Of a DNA stretch of 64,000 nucleotides, positions 1 through 13,400 are shown piece after piece. Both the position numbers and the translations under genes were made by a program. Location of the stretch: contig CM120641.1 in NCBI GenBank assembly GCA_051362555.1, positions 22,258,001 to 22,322,000 of the forward strand. Reading direction: 5' to 3'. The notes below the pieces were generated by a model, which was not told where the DNA came from, did no database searches, and saw only the letters and a list, made by a program, of their open reading frames with translations. How positions within the stretch are numbered: position 1 is the first letter of the stretch; every line of letters starts with the position of its first letter. Source of the stretch: Lingula anatina. Taxonomy: Eukaryota; Animalia; Brachiopoda.

Positions 1-802
1 TTCAACTAACAGTGTTTTAAACCATTCGTTGACTTGAAAGAGATGGCTGAAGTTCAGTGCACCGATATACGTGTTCGGATATATTTACGAAAAATGAAGA
101 AATTAGGTCATGTTCTATCTGTTACAACGGACAAGTTGTAGAACAGCAGTAAGTTTTGATTTCATGTATAAATAGATTAATGAGTTATCTGTTAGTCCTG
201 AACACGCTTTACCCCAAAGACCTGTGAAGATGAAGATATTGTCAAAAATAGAAGGGGGGTGTTCAAAGCATGTGGTTTGTAGGCCTGAGAAAAACGCTTG
301 GTTTGTTACCATGGAAACAAAGAGAGTGGAAAAAGTGTATATCATTTTAATCCCCTATCTTTAGGTTATAATATATCACCAAACTAAATCATTTGGTGAC
401 ACCTGTATAAACTTTAAGGCCAATCAATATAACCCTGTTTTTCAGAAGAATTTTTGGTTGATAAACCCCCCAAATTGTCACTGGCCATATCTCTGTAAGT
501 AGGGATTTTTTTCAGGAAATATTGCAGCCTCAGATATTGTTCATATAAAGGTTCAAACACACCAAATATGATGTAAATCCGTTCACCCCCACCTTGCCGC
601 ATTTTCTACATTTGGTTTGGTTTTCTCGTGGACACACACTTAAGTTCAAATAAGAGTTATAAATAGTACAACTGTGAAAAATTTGTAATAACATGTCTTT
701 TTATGTTTTAAATATTTCAAAAGCAAGGAATGATATTTCCAGGGTTACTGAAAGTAAAAGTCCACATGTCAACATTAGCAACAGGCAAAAGTATCTGCTT
801 AC

Positions 803-2561
803 TTTAGGTTTTGTCTTCTTGGTATACTTTTCATGATACTCTGCCACCTCCTTCACAGAGGCTGAAAATGCATAACTTCTGGCATCATTCGCTTTTATTT
901 TTCAAGATATATGAGATAAATAAACCACAAGTAAAAATGCATTACTGCAGGCGAAACTGTAAACATCTTTCAACAGCACTGTAATATTAGTCAGAAGAGC
1001 ACATTAACTCAGAGATTCGATCATAAAAACCAACTATTAAAAAAACGAAATGCACTGGAAAATCGAAAGATTGGGCAATGGGGAATAATCATGAAATGGG
1101 TCAGTATGATAGAAAACAGTGTATTATATTTTGCTTACAGTTGACACTGTCCTCAGCCCAGAGATCGTAGCCTATATTAGGGAGCTTGTTCCTGGTGATC
1201 CTTCTTATCTTAGCAACCTCAGCTGCTTTCTCTCTGTGTACTTTGCCCTCTCTTTCTCTTGAATTCAAAATGTTCTGCTCATGCTTAATTCTCCTTCGTT
1301 CTGATAACTTCTTGATATTATTGCTTTTGATATTTCTTGGTCTAAAATACAAAATACTTATGAGTAAACAAGAGTCCTATAGATAAACTAAATACTTGAG
1401 AAATTTTAGCAAATGGTGGGCAATTTATTCTGTTAGATAATTTGCAAGCATTTTGTTATATTCACCCATTTAGGTTATCAGTCAAAATGTATGAAGCTTA
1501 AAAAAAATATGCAAGTATGAGCCTGGAGGAATATGACTTGATGAAGAGGGGGAGTCATAAAATGGCTGCAAGTAGTATTTATGTAACAATAGTAACAAGA
1601 AAAGTGTTAAAATGTTTTTAAACTTACATCACAGCTGGTTTAACATCAGTGTTAGCATGTAGGTTACCATGACATCTCAATGGTTTTGGCTCTTTTCTTC
1701 TCCTCTTGGGCACATCTGGTAAGACATTACAATGTGACAAAAATGTCTGCCTAGCACAGTGTACATGTGCCCACAAAGTATGGAGCAGCATATATAGACC
1801 CCATGCAGAAGATATTATAACAATAAAAATTAATTAACATGTGGGTATATTTGCTGGTTAAAATTTTTTTTAAAAAAATGGAATATATTGAAAAAATAAA
1901 AAAATTAAGCTGATAATAGTTTTTTCTTTGCAATAAACCAACAACAATTACCATGCCCCTCAGGATCGGCTTCATCTTCCACAAACTTGTCAACAAAGAA
2001 GAGCTGTGCATCTGCCTTTTCAGCCACAAGACCACTGTAATTATATATAGACAAGCAAAATAAGGTAATTACCAGCCATCCTAAATATCAATTAATACTT
2101 TTAACTTTTACCTCGTTATAAGCATTTTAAAGACACCCAATATTCCAAAAAGTACCGCAAAATATTTTCGCCTACATTTTGTTACGTGTAATGTAGAGCA
2201 AACGTCATTAAATGCCACCTGCACTAGTTGTGGCAATCCAAACCCATTAAAAGACGTACTCTACATCAGCAGCAACATATATCTTATACACTCTTTCTCA
2301 GATGCTAATAATACATTTTTTATTCATTATCAATTAAAATTCAACGTTAATTCGTAATATACTTTCTGAACATGTATACTGTTGCTGCTCCTCTAAACGA
2401 TCAACTCTTACAGCTTATTTCTCCCATTTCTCTTACCCAGTTCTTAACTGAAGACGTTCATCTTCTAAAAATTCTTCTACGTCTTTGATATCCGAATGTT
2501 TTCTCCAGTTTTTCTTCTTATTTTTGCTTACACGTTTTCTTTTCCTCGTGGTCGTGTCCAT
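803..2561 (-). CDS. NOP53: Ribosome biogenesis factor NOP53 (GLTSCR2/PICT1), first five coding exons; gene continues off the left edge. Exons 2561-2437, 2034-1952, 1715-1628, 1341-1139, 861-803
   Basis: Spliced translation MDTTTRKRKRVSKNKKKNWRKHSDIKDVEEFLEDERLQLRTG/GLVAEKADAQLFFVDK...KPLRC...YDLWAED...YTKKTKPK matches remembered NOP53 N-terminal motifs (NKKxxWR, EFLEDxRLxxRTGG, LFFVD, YDLW). All introns are GT-AG with matching phases 2,1,2,1. Confidence 0.9.
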
Positions 2562-4131
2562 GTTTGATCTACTTTGATACCTCCTAATACAAAAGAGTTT
2601 AGAGAACTTCTTGTGTATCTAGTGGGGAATGATAATAATAATAATAATAAGTGATATGCTTGGTAACAAAAGTGTTTGTTCTATATAAAAGTTTTTAGCG
2701 AAAAAAGATATAGAAATATATTGGTTTTTCATAACTTATATTTTACCAAAGCAGAATATGCCTATAATGATATATATAATGATTATTTCATGTAGGCCTA
2801 TTGTACATGTATTTCATTGTGTATCTGATATATCTATAGGCCTACTTGCACACGCAAGGTAGGCCTGTGTGATAGTAATCACTGGATTCATAACACTGTC
2901 AAAACGCAACTTGAAACTCCGTAATCCGAGCAAAACCTGGTGCTGAGTGAGAAAAAACAATGAAAAGAATAAACCCTTCTTCTTTTAATTTACTCATCTT
3001 TCCATTATCTTTTTTAAGGGTTAGGCCTACATGTGCACTGGAGGAGCGGATCCATGATTATTTGAAGTGGGGGTCCGCGGATGCGAAGCCGACCCTCCCC
3101 CTTTGGCGTGGGTTCGGGAGGGCGGGTATTTTAGAGGGCAAACGGTGCCATTTGGTCGGTTTAGAACTATGATTCAGCTTATCAAAATTCTAATTTCAAG
3201 AGGAGTTGATTTTTGGATGATGATATGATTTTTTTCTTTTTCAGAAATCGACGGGGGGGGGGGGGGGTAAAGCCCCCCTGACCCCTCCCCCCCCCCCCAA
3301 AAAAAAAAAATACGCCACTGTACACTGTATGTAGGGGTTGAGGTGCACATACTAGTAAATGTAGGCCTACTGTACATCAAAAAATGTGTGTACATTGCAT
3401 ACTGGGGTAAATTTAAGCATCAGTTTTTCGAGCTCTTATTTTATCTATAGGTCCTAGTTATACTGTTAAATTTCTTTCGAAATTTGAAATTTTAAACATG
3501 TAATAAGGAGAATTGTCTCAACGTGTCTTTTGTAGAAAGAATTGCTCCAAATAGCGCTTCGTTCGTAAAATGGTCAAAGGCAAACAAAGCTAGCCTGGCC
3601 ATTGCTGATACTCTACTCTGCTCTTTTTTTACATCGATAAATGTTGCTAATTCATAACGCAAAGGTAAAGTGTAAGTAGCTATAATGGCATTAGCGCCCT
3701 CGCCGGCAAATTTCCGTAGGTATAATAAAGTGTTACCGAACAAAGGGCCATGTTGACAGTGGTAATGCATGCTGATAACACATCCTGTGTTGTTTGTCTA
3801 AGGGAACGTATAGATTTTCACTCTTTTGTTTCTGGGCAAGAAGTACTCGTAATAGTCTTGTTTGAGCATGTTTGGTTTCAAATTTGAACAGATTACATTG
3901 AATCTCTCTACAGATGATCGATACAACAAAGTGATGAAATCTTGACTTAAATACGCATGTAATGTGACGTTTCACTGCAGTGTGTTTTTGTCAACTTTTC
4001 TAAAATGTTACGGAATAAATGGCTAATTGTTCAGGCTTTTGTATATAAGCGGGATAACGATGGAACACATTGCGACGGTAATTAGATTTTGATGTGAAAT
4101 ACATGTACCCTTCAAACCCCTAACTTAGACC

Positions 4132-4338
4132 GCATTCCTACAGATTTTATATCGATCTATCCCCGTGGGGAGTCTCGCTAGATAACTGTCAGCTTAGCCG
4201 GCTTAAATGTCTGTCCTGCCTACTAAAAGCTGTAAGGGGGTAATTAACTTCCGTGCGCGCTCGGCTGACAGCAATTTAGCATGAACCCCAGGGAGTTAGG
4301 TCGACCCAGATGGATTGATCTAAATCTGTGGGAATGCA
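4132..4338. repeat. Small inverted-repeat element (MITE-like)
   Basis: GCATTCCTACAGATTT..ATC / GAT..AAATCTGTGGGAATGC. Confidence 0.6.
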
Positions 4339-4501
4339 TATTTCTTGTTACTGCATATTTCACTTTTTCTTCTTTCTACTAAGTGTTTTGATGCTTGCGT
4401 TGCTCTTGAGTGTAACTGATTTTTATGAGCCACAAAACGTTGTTGACACGTTGTGGCAATGGTGTTTTACAATATCACCCCCTAAAATATCAATCTTTTA
4501 A

Positions 4502-4826
4502 AGGGATAATAACTCTTCGTTTCGGCCAAAAAATGAATTTTCCTAGAGTAAACAACAATTTTCCCATACTTACCAATGGTTAATGAATCCATTTTTACAT
4601 CCAAAGTTAGTCCCTGGTTTTTTTCTAAAAAGTTTGGTTTTTTGTAGAGATTTTAACAGAGTATAGCTGTCAATGGAGGTCGCGTGGTCTAAAGACAAGC
4701 TCAGATATCAGAATAATAGCTATAACTGCCGTTTTTGTGGTAAAACAGAATATATTATATTTCTATGAGTTATTCACAATGTTTTTATTGTGAAATATAG
4801 ATCTCATACGAAGAGTTATTATCCAT
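4502..4826. mobile_element. TTAA-flanked MITE, family A copy 1 (Kolobok-like ends)
   Basis: ttaa|AGGGATAATAACTCTTC ... GAAGAGTTATTATCCAT|ttaa; homologous to 12818 and 42794. Confidence 0.85.
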
Positions 4827-5754
4827 TTAATCAAGTGCATTCTCTTTGTGGGGAAACATTTCTATTTTCTAATGCGTTATCTATCAACGCAACTTTTTTT
4901 CAATTAAAATCTGACGTATATTTACTGTAACAGATAAACACTGCAGGATCACATTTCCTCTGTTAAGTTTGATCCCCCTTCCCCCCCCCCCCCCAAAAAA
5001 AAATAATAATAAAATAAAATAATAATATGGGGGGGGGGGACAAATCAGATTTAGTAAATCTACAGGTGCTCAGGAAGTCAAATGAGTCGAAAGTTCAGGG
5101 ACAGGGCTTTGAAACAGCCAAAAAAATACGCTTGGTATGATACACATTTTTGTGTTTTTAAACAGGGCTTGGGTGTATAAAAAGACGGAAGATAAGAGTA
5201 AAGAAAGTGCTTTCCATTAAATTATATTGATCTTTGTCATGTTGCGTGAAAAACCGGAAAATGTGACGTTTGAGCCATTTAATATGAGCAGTCGCGAAGT
5301 CGATCTTTGGTGATCAAAGCTTTTAGAAACCTACCCATACGCTCGTGGAGATCCGTACAGTAGGCCTATATACATTGTTACGTCAACCAACTATCGAATA
5401 CCCTGTTTATTCTATAAATCAAAAGATGCGTCATTTAGCATCTTATAATATCTAATGGAGAGAAAGCAACAGAAGAGTAAGGACACATGGTTAATTTCGC
5501 ATTTTTTGGATTAATGAAGTGGCAAAAATGAAACAAAAAAGAAAGGGCTCATCAACGTGCATCCTCAGCGCAGTTTGTTCCGTTCAATCTACATTGAACT
5601 CCAGTAACTTGGTCTCAATTGACCAGGTTTTGCTAATAGGTTAAAAGTCTTAACTTTTGTTTTCGCACGATCAATATGGCGCCCCATATGTGTCCAAACA
5701 TTTTTGCACTTATCAGATAGGCCTATATACGGAATCTTATTCTATCCTGTAGAC

Positions 5755-5836
5755 ATGGAGTTCTCTGATTCGTCTACATATTTCCTACGTTTCGCTTTGT
5801 TCCAGCTCTACGTCTTCTTTCATGCAGTGGATGAAG
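5755..5836 (+). CDS. Signal-peptide exon 1 ([27 protein letters not shown])
   Basis: ATG, hydrophobic core, phase-1 donor G|gtaag; preceded by an acceptor-like ctgtag. Joins 6611 in frame. Confidence 0.75.
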
Positions 5837-8800
5837 GTAAGACCATGTAATGGTTTATGTCATTTCATACACGTATTCATTAAACATCTACATGTATAGC
5901 CGCGTACCTGCACAGTGAGTTAAAGGATTCTTAACATTATGTAATTGAAGTCTATATTACCTAGAACCATTTCTCTATTGGATATATTCTATAGTGAAAA
6001 TTATATCTGACATTGCAGCATGATAATGTTGCAAATATTCGTACTGTGTACTTGGTTCGTATTAGCCACTGTCATTTTGTAAATATTCAGATATAAACTC
6101 TTTCTCACTTGTACTACTTTTAGAATCGAAGCGGACTTGTTATTAATCATTTACAGTTTTCTATACATGTACATGCCACTCGTGTCCCCGGTTAGTGCGT
6201 TTATTTGGAGTAATCTGTCCCAGAATTAGGGGTACATGTTTCCGTTTTGCATATCGTATATTGAGATACTTAAATTAAGATTCTTTAATCTGTGAACACC
6301 TTCCTCTCATCTTAGATCTTTTTCATATCGTGTGTTCACTTATCTGTATCGAAACACATTATAAACTGGTCGTAACTAGCTCGGGGTTCCGTTTAGGTGA
6401 TTGTTACTTAACAGCCGGGGTAGTGCGTTTTCAATCTTCTCAATGCGTTTCGATACAGATAATAATGTGAAAATTAAGGGCCTTTTCTTTGATAGTTTCT
6501 TTGTAGTTTGCTATGTTGATTCCCTTCTGATTTCTGTAGACTTGTTTTGAAGATTTCTTAATTGGTATAAATGAACATTTGACCAGAAAGATGCTTGTAT
6601 GTATTCACAGTGAGGGGAGAGGTGCCGATCCCGATTGCAGTTTGGCCTTTGGAGCAAGGATTTTGCGGAGCGGATATTAGCGGCAATGGCCACCACCTTC
6701 AGCTAAACTCAGTGGAATTTAAGAACTCGGTTTTACATTCAGTATTTTCGGACAACTCTGTCGCGACAGTGACAATACCCGGGCCATTCGATGGCTTTAC
6801 GATTATTATGAGCATTGAACCTTTAGCTTTGCCTTCTGAACATCTTGGTATTTTGTGTGCGGATATGAGTGCATTTGTGGTTTGTGTCTATCAAAAGAAC
6901 GGGGAGATTAGAGGCAAAGTTATTGGCACCAACGATTTTGAATCGACGAACCAAATCTTGACTGCTGGCACTGAGGTGAAACTAGTCCTTTCATTTGAAA
7001 AAGAATCCAAAAGGCGAATTGACGTCTTTTTGGGAGATAGTTTAATTGAAAGACTAACGTATGGTAGTGGTAGATTGGACTGGGAAAGTATCCAAAGTGT
7101 TAACCTCAGTTTTGGCAAGAGAGGCTCTTTACTTGCAATGAGCAGTTACGTGGGTTCCGTTCACTTTTATGCAAAGGAACTAAGCGGGAATGACATTTCT
7201 AGCGCCTTATCTGCCTACTGGAATAACCAAGGCGCCCTTATCCTGGGGGATTGGACCGCCTTCCTTAACGGTAAGTTTCTACAGGGTGAATAAAAATATT
7301 TAAAATCTGTTGTAAATGCAAATAGGCACCCCTTACTATGACATAACAGACAAAACCCTGGTGTGTATATATACAGACTTGACATTTAATATGGAATATT
7401 TCAGTTTCGAAGGTATACCTAGGTAAAAATACGTTCTTTTTTAAAAAAACTCCGATTTCATATAAGATTTGTGAATGTAAAAGTATGCAGTCATGTGTGT
7501 CACTACCAATTAACTGACTTTCATGCATGTTGCGCTGCTACACTATGTAATTTGCAGTGATTTAATTGGGTAGTGTTCCTTTGGGCTGATCAAAGCTTGG
7601 CTTAGGCAAAGCTTGGTTCTGTCAAAAAAGTATCCATATTTCGGCAACTACTGAATAGAAAAATTTGAAATTTTGCATGCAAGCGGTCAGTTTTGCAGTG
7701 CGTAAAATGAGTCAAGAAGTGCATTACAAATTTGTTAATCTAAGGCAGAATGGCGCGAAAAAGACAGACATCACCAGACAGATCATAGCGCCTACGGAAC
7801 GGTCCCCACAGTTTTATAGAGTAATGCCCAGACTGATGTACCTACACAGAGGTCACCCCCAATGTATCAAAATTTTACCTACAGGGTACAGGACCCACTG
7901 TCTTTCGGGATACGCTGCTGCAACTAAACAAAAAACACTTAGTCCGTTCAGAACGAGGGGTAAATTGCCACTAAAATGCGTTTTTCAAAACCCTTAGCGA
8001 ACACCAAACTGGTTTTAGCAGGTAAGAACACCTAATGACCTCCGAGGTACCCACTGTATACAGCAAAACATCGTCGTCTGTTTCTCTAATGAATTGGGGG
8101 CCATGAACGATTCTGGGTAGAACACTGAAACTGCGTGGCTTTCTTTATTGAGGTCAGATTTCACCTGTACCGCCCAATTAATCAAAACAGAGTTTACAGA
8201 TATCCAGAAGAGGCCTACGACGAAGCATATGCCGGGTCTAAAGTGACAAGGGTGATTGACAGCGTCAGTAATTGGAGTAGATTCCACATTGGTGCCAAAA
8301 CACCAATGGTAGTCATCGACGAAAACCTGAACCAGATCAAATAAAGGGATAATCTCGGAACCACTTGACTATCATTTGATAGGGGGCACCTTAGGAACAA
8401 TTCTAGGTTGCACGATGAGGTTGCAGGTTCACACAGAGCACTTTTAATAGCAGATAACTTACAGAACCAAGGGAATGAGCAGCTACCCTGGTCATCAAAA
8501 TCGCCTCATTTGAACCACATAGACAATATTTCGGTAGACCATTACTCACCAATCAACTGCCTACATGTCCTACAACAAAACTGGACCAGATTGGACAATT
8601 TCAGACCGATGCCTAGAATGCTATTCCAGATTGAACTCTAAAAACCTACCCTCAAGAAATGCCTTGCCGCTTGAGAGCGCTGGCAACAGCCACGAAGAGG
8701 CCAGGCGTAACAACGACCATTACTGTGACTAGCAACTGACATGATGGTATTTTGTGGAGCGTATTAGCCTTTTACAGACGATAATTTGGAAACTATGGAG

Positions 8801-10365
8801 ATCCAAAATATCTCTTTTAATGGGAGTCGTATGACATAGAATAGACAATGTGTTTTTGTTTGTGTCTCTGGCGAATTCCATTAATGAACTGATGTCACAA
8901 TGACATCAAATAGATAATTTGAAGTTATTAAAACACGATTTTAATCCTTATTTTCATTTATCAGTCAGCAATATAGGAAAAAACTGATAAAAAATTATTT
9001 CGAAAAAAATATTCCATATTAAATGTCAAGTCTGTATATAAACACTGATTTATTCTTTGCGTAGATGCTCTCGGGTTGCAGAAATTAACCTAGGTGGAAA
9101 TATTCTTTACGAACATTAAAAACGACAGCTTTGATTGGTGCTTGTAAGAGACTATAAAATGCTTTAACTTCAGTATATTAATTAATCATTAGTTTTTATT
9201 ATTATTATTTTATTAAAATTGTGACTCTAACGCCGATACATTTTTTTTTATTTTGCAATTGTTGCACCATCTTTACCATCTAGACCTACTTACATGTACC
9301 GGGTACCAGTGTATGACATGTTAATGCATGTCATACACTTAATTAAATCCCCTGCTTCTGGTAGTTTTGAAATAAAAGAGCTCAAATGTTGCTGTGCTAA
9401 ACCTTCGTCTCTGTGTTCATAAGCTTAAAGCTCACCAGCGATATGTTCAGCAATTTCAAAGAGGTAGTGGGATTCTAGGAACCTCTTATTGTCTCGAACC
9501 TTCTCAATTTCGTTTTTTTTTTTTTTTTTAGATCATGCATAGGTAGGAAAACTATTTGTGTAGTTATCAAAATTAAAGTTCCTTCTCAGGATGCGACCTG
9601 TCATTGCGTGTCTGGTGGACTGTTTGTCCCTTCCTTTTAGAAGTTAATTTGTTAAATTTGAACAAAATCCACTTTAAGCACCAACGAAGCTACAAGTTCA
9701 GTTTAAATCAAATGCTGTATTTATCTGAAATGAGCTATTGTTTGCATCGTAAGAAATACAAAAAGTGTTCTCTCGACAGTTTTTGTGATTTCAAATATTT
9801 TAAAGACTTATTGATAAAGTTTTGGTGGTGATGAGATGCAAACACATTTTGAAAGACTGGGGATATTTTGTAATCATAAAAAGCAGAAAATAGTACATAA
9901 AATATACCAAAATTGAGACCTTAAAACTATCGTCTCTACTTTATTCTTCGCTGATTCCTTTATAATCGGATCAAAATGCTACCCCTTTTAACCTTTAATC
10001 TATGTAAAAATTTACATATACATATTTTGCCCTCGTTTCCTAAGACTCTCAGACCAACTGCAAGGCTGATCTAGAAGGTGCTGCTTACCATGGTGACATG
10101 GCAGTGACATTGACCGGAACACCGTGCCAGTCATGGGACAGCAACACGCCCCACAGCCACACGTATCACGCCTCTAGTATGTTTCCTGACAATACCATTG
10201 GAGAGGCGGGGAACTACTGCCGCAACCCTCTCCAGTATGGCCAGCATGGACAGTATGGTCCCTGGTGTTATACAACGAACGTAAACTCTCGGTGGGAATG
10301 GTGTGCTATCCCCGTGTGCCAATATCAGACCACCACTGGTGAGTAGAGCTGTATACATCTATATA

Positions 10366-10410
<45 letters not shown>

Positions 10411-13400
10411 CCCCGGGGTAACTTGGCCCCCCCCCCATCAAGTCTCTTTAATGAAGTTACTTTAAGATTCTAAATTATTTCATTTGGACTCACTACCGAC
10501 GCTTTCTTAGCACTGTTGGATACGGTCACTTTACAAAATGATGTGATCGATTCTTTTACCCCATAGTTACTTTGTCATAAATTGATGGGGGGCCAACTTA
10601 CCCCGGGGTCCAACTAGCCCCGGTCTCCCCTATATACCACTGTATCCGCCAGCGTCGTATTCGTCGTCGGTATCGTTGCCGTCCGACATAATTTTTTGTT
10701 CACCCTGTTGCGTCCAAATCGTTTTTGGTTGACCCTACATTTGATGAGTGACTGTGTTTGGTACAAAGACAGGCCCCTTAAGTAAATCAGCGTTTTAGCA
10801 TTGTTGTTACAAAAATGGTTGTTTAACATAGATTGCCTGATTATGTTAAAGTGGAGCAAAATGGGAATGTTTTTTTTTTCTGTAACGTGTCAGTATATTT
10901 GCCAGCTTTGTCTAGTTTAATATTTAAATATATTCTACTACAATCGAAGTTTAATTAGTTTCCTAAGCTTCAGAAGTGGATCTACGAGAATCCGTGAGAG
11001 TGCTAGTGCAAGTCTTGCAAGCGTGTCACGTGACGTTGTGCTTGACGCGTGTGGCGTGGCGCAACCTAGCGTCACTGTACTACATGTAGTACATTATCAA
11101 TTATACTCTATATAATAAGGTGTCCCGTCGATATCGTTTCAAACCATTTCCATTTTCGCAAGTGTGATTTTTGCTTACAGATTATGTTAAAAGACGTATA
11201 AACTAATGAATTCTGAAGGCCGTTAACCACACTAAATGTGCCAAATTCTCGGAAATCGTCAGTTAAAAGCATAACTCTTTGTCCTTTCGGAATAAAAAAT
11301 TTTCCTTGCAGCCAATAGGGAGGGCTATATTGCTGGTAATAAGGCTAAATTGACCTTGGCGTTCATGACGAGACTGCCTTGGTTGGTAAAGCCCCCTTTA
11401 CACTGGACGGCGTCCTTTCTGCATCCAGCAGTACGGCCCCATTTAAGAGTTAAAAAATTATAATACTTTACGTGCCGACAACTGGCCGATCATTGAGCAT
11501 TCATTCTGTTACAAAACCAATGCTCCTGCCTCCTTATTAAGACCACAGCGATGCCAAATTTCATGGTCGCAGAAAGGACGCAGAAAGGACGCCGTCCAGT
11601 GTAAAGCAGTACCTACTCGCTCTCTTTTCTTTCCATTGATATAGCAACGGTCAAGATCACAGGAGAGTAGGTGTCAATTTGACTATTCCTATTGGCTGGC
11701 CAATTCACCGCATTGATAGGGGAAAAAGTTCCAGCCTAAATGTTCAAATCGTGGCATATTGACAAGAAATATGAAGTAAACGAGCCCAAAAGTAATGACT
11801 TTGGGACATTTTGGAGTTCATAACACTCCCAATATTTCACATTAGCAAAAATGAAATAGATTGCTCATTTTTAAACTTATTTCCCGGTCAGACCTTATGC
11901 ACTATTATTCATGTATGTACGTTGTGTGATCATTTGCTATCAATTTTCTGTGTATATTTATGTGAAAAAGGTGCTTACCCCTTCCTTTCCCTGATGGTAT
12001 GTTTAAAGAATAAGTTAATTAAGGCCTGTTACAGAAAAACGTGAGTGCACCTTTTATAAAATAAAAAATTAAAATAAATTTCGAGAAATGATAAAGAAAG
12101 TTTAATGTTTAGAAAACGTAAGCAAATCATAATTCATATCAACTAGGTTATCACGTAGATCAACCAGTTTGTGTCTTCAAAAAGTTTTGGTTCTGCCCAA
12201 AATGAAAGATCACAAGCTTAGAATTTAAGGTAAGAATTTGGTCAAACTAAGTGCTCGGGAAAAAAGATGTGTCATATAATCACAAGTTATAAACTGAAAA
12301 GGGTTACCTGATTTTATCCCCTTTGATCTCAATCAATCAGTATCGGCAAAACGCTGTACTCCACTTGGTGACCGTTTGCTTATATTAATAAGATCGTCGG
12401 TAAAGAGAGTATTCAGCTAGTGGCGAACTGCTTACATATGTAGGGTGCCAATTATTCATAAACGGGATTCAAATTGAAAAAATCAAAGTGTTGCTTAAGT
12501 TATGAACATCAGTGTATATGTATAGGCCTACATACCAAATGTTGTTATATAGACTTGGAAATGACGCTCGTGTCGTACGCACCTTTCTTCAATTGCAAGA
12601 ACAGAACTGTACAACCTCGACTGAAATTTGTCTTTAAATGTCAATGCAGTTTTCTTCTAATTGAATTGATTAATAACAGATGTAAATTCATTTATTGGTG
12701 TTACATGCATTCTTTACAGTAGCATCACTTCCGTGTTTCTGAAAATTGAATTTGGTTGCATTTCCTAATTCAGCAAATAACTTTAAAATATATTAACTTT
12801 CTTATTAAAGTATTTAAAAGGATAACAACTGTTCATTTTGGAAAAAAAAAAGAATTTTCCTGAGGTAAATAACAATTTGTCCATACTTACCAATGGTTAA
12901 TGAATCCATTTCTACATTCAAAGTTAGTCACTGTTATTTTTTCAATAAAAAGTGTTTTTTTTTCTTAAGAGATAATTACAAAGTATAGCCATCTGTGGTC
13001 ACATGGTTCGATGGCAAGCACAGATTTACGAATAATTGCTATAACTGCCGTTTTTGTGGTAAAATAGAATATATTACATTTCTTTGAATTGTGTACAATG
13101 TATTTATTGTTAAATATAGATTTCATACGAAGAGTTAATTGTTATCCCTTTAACGAAACGAAGTTTCCTCCTTTACGTGTAGATGAGCATCATTAGGGCT
13201 TTTTCCGGTGATTAATTGTTTCTTCGTGAATAATTTAGAAGGTAAGTGATATGACTGAAAGGTTTCTACAGTGAAGTTGCAAGAACAGAACTGTACAACC
13301 TCGACTTCTAAGTGTCAACGCAGACTTCACCTTATTCAATCGATTAATGAAAGGTTTCAGCTACTTTATTGATTTTATATGTATTCAATACAATAGCATC

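Noticed and set aside
1186-1386. Plus-strand hydrophobic ORF resembling a secreted or membrane peptide
   Set aside because: Antisense of the Lys/Arg/Glu-rich NOP53 exon 4.
9591-9642. Possible extra signal-peptide exon before the kringle ([17 protein letters not shown])
   Set aside because: Asp in the core, poor cleavage site, weak donor (gttaat) and no paralogy with the other SP exons; worth a look only if RNA data exist.
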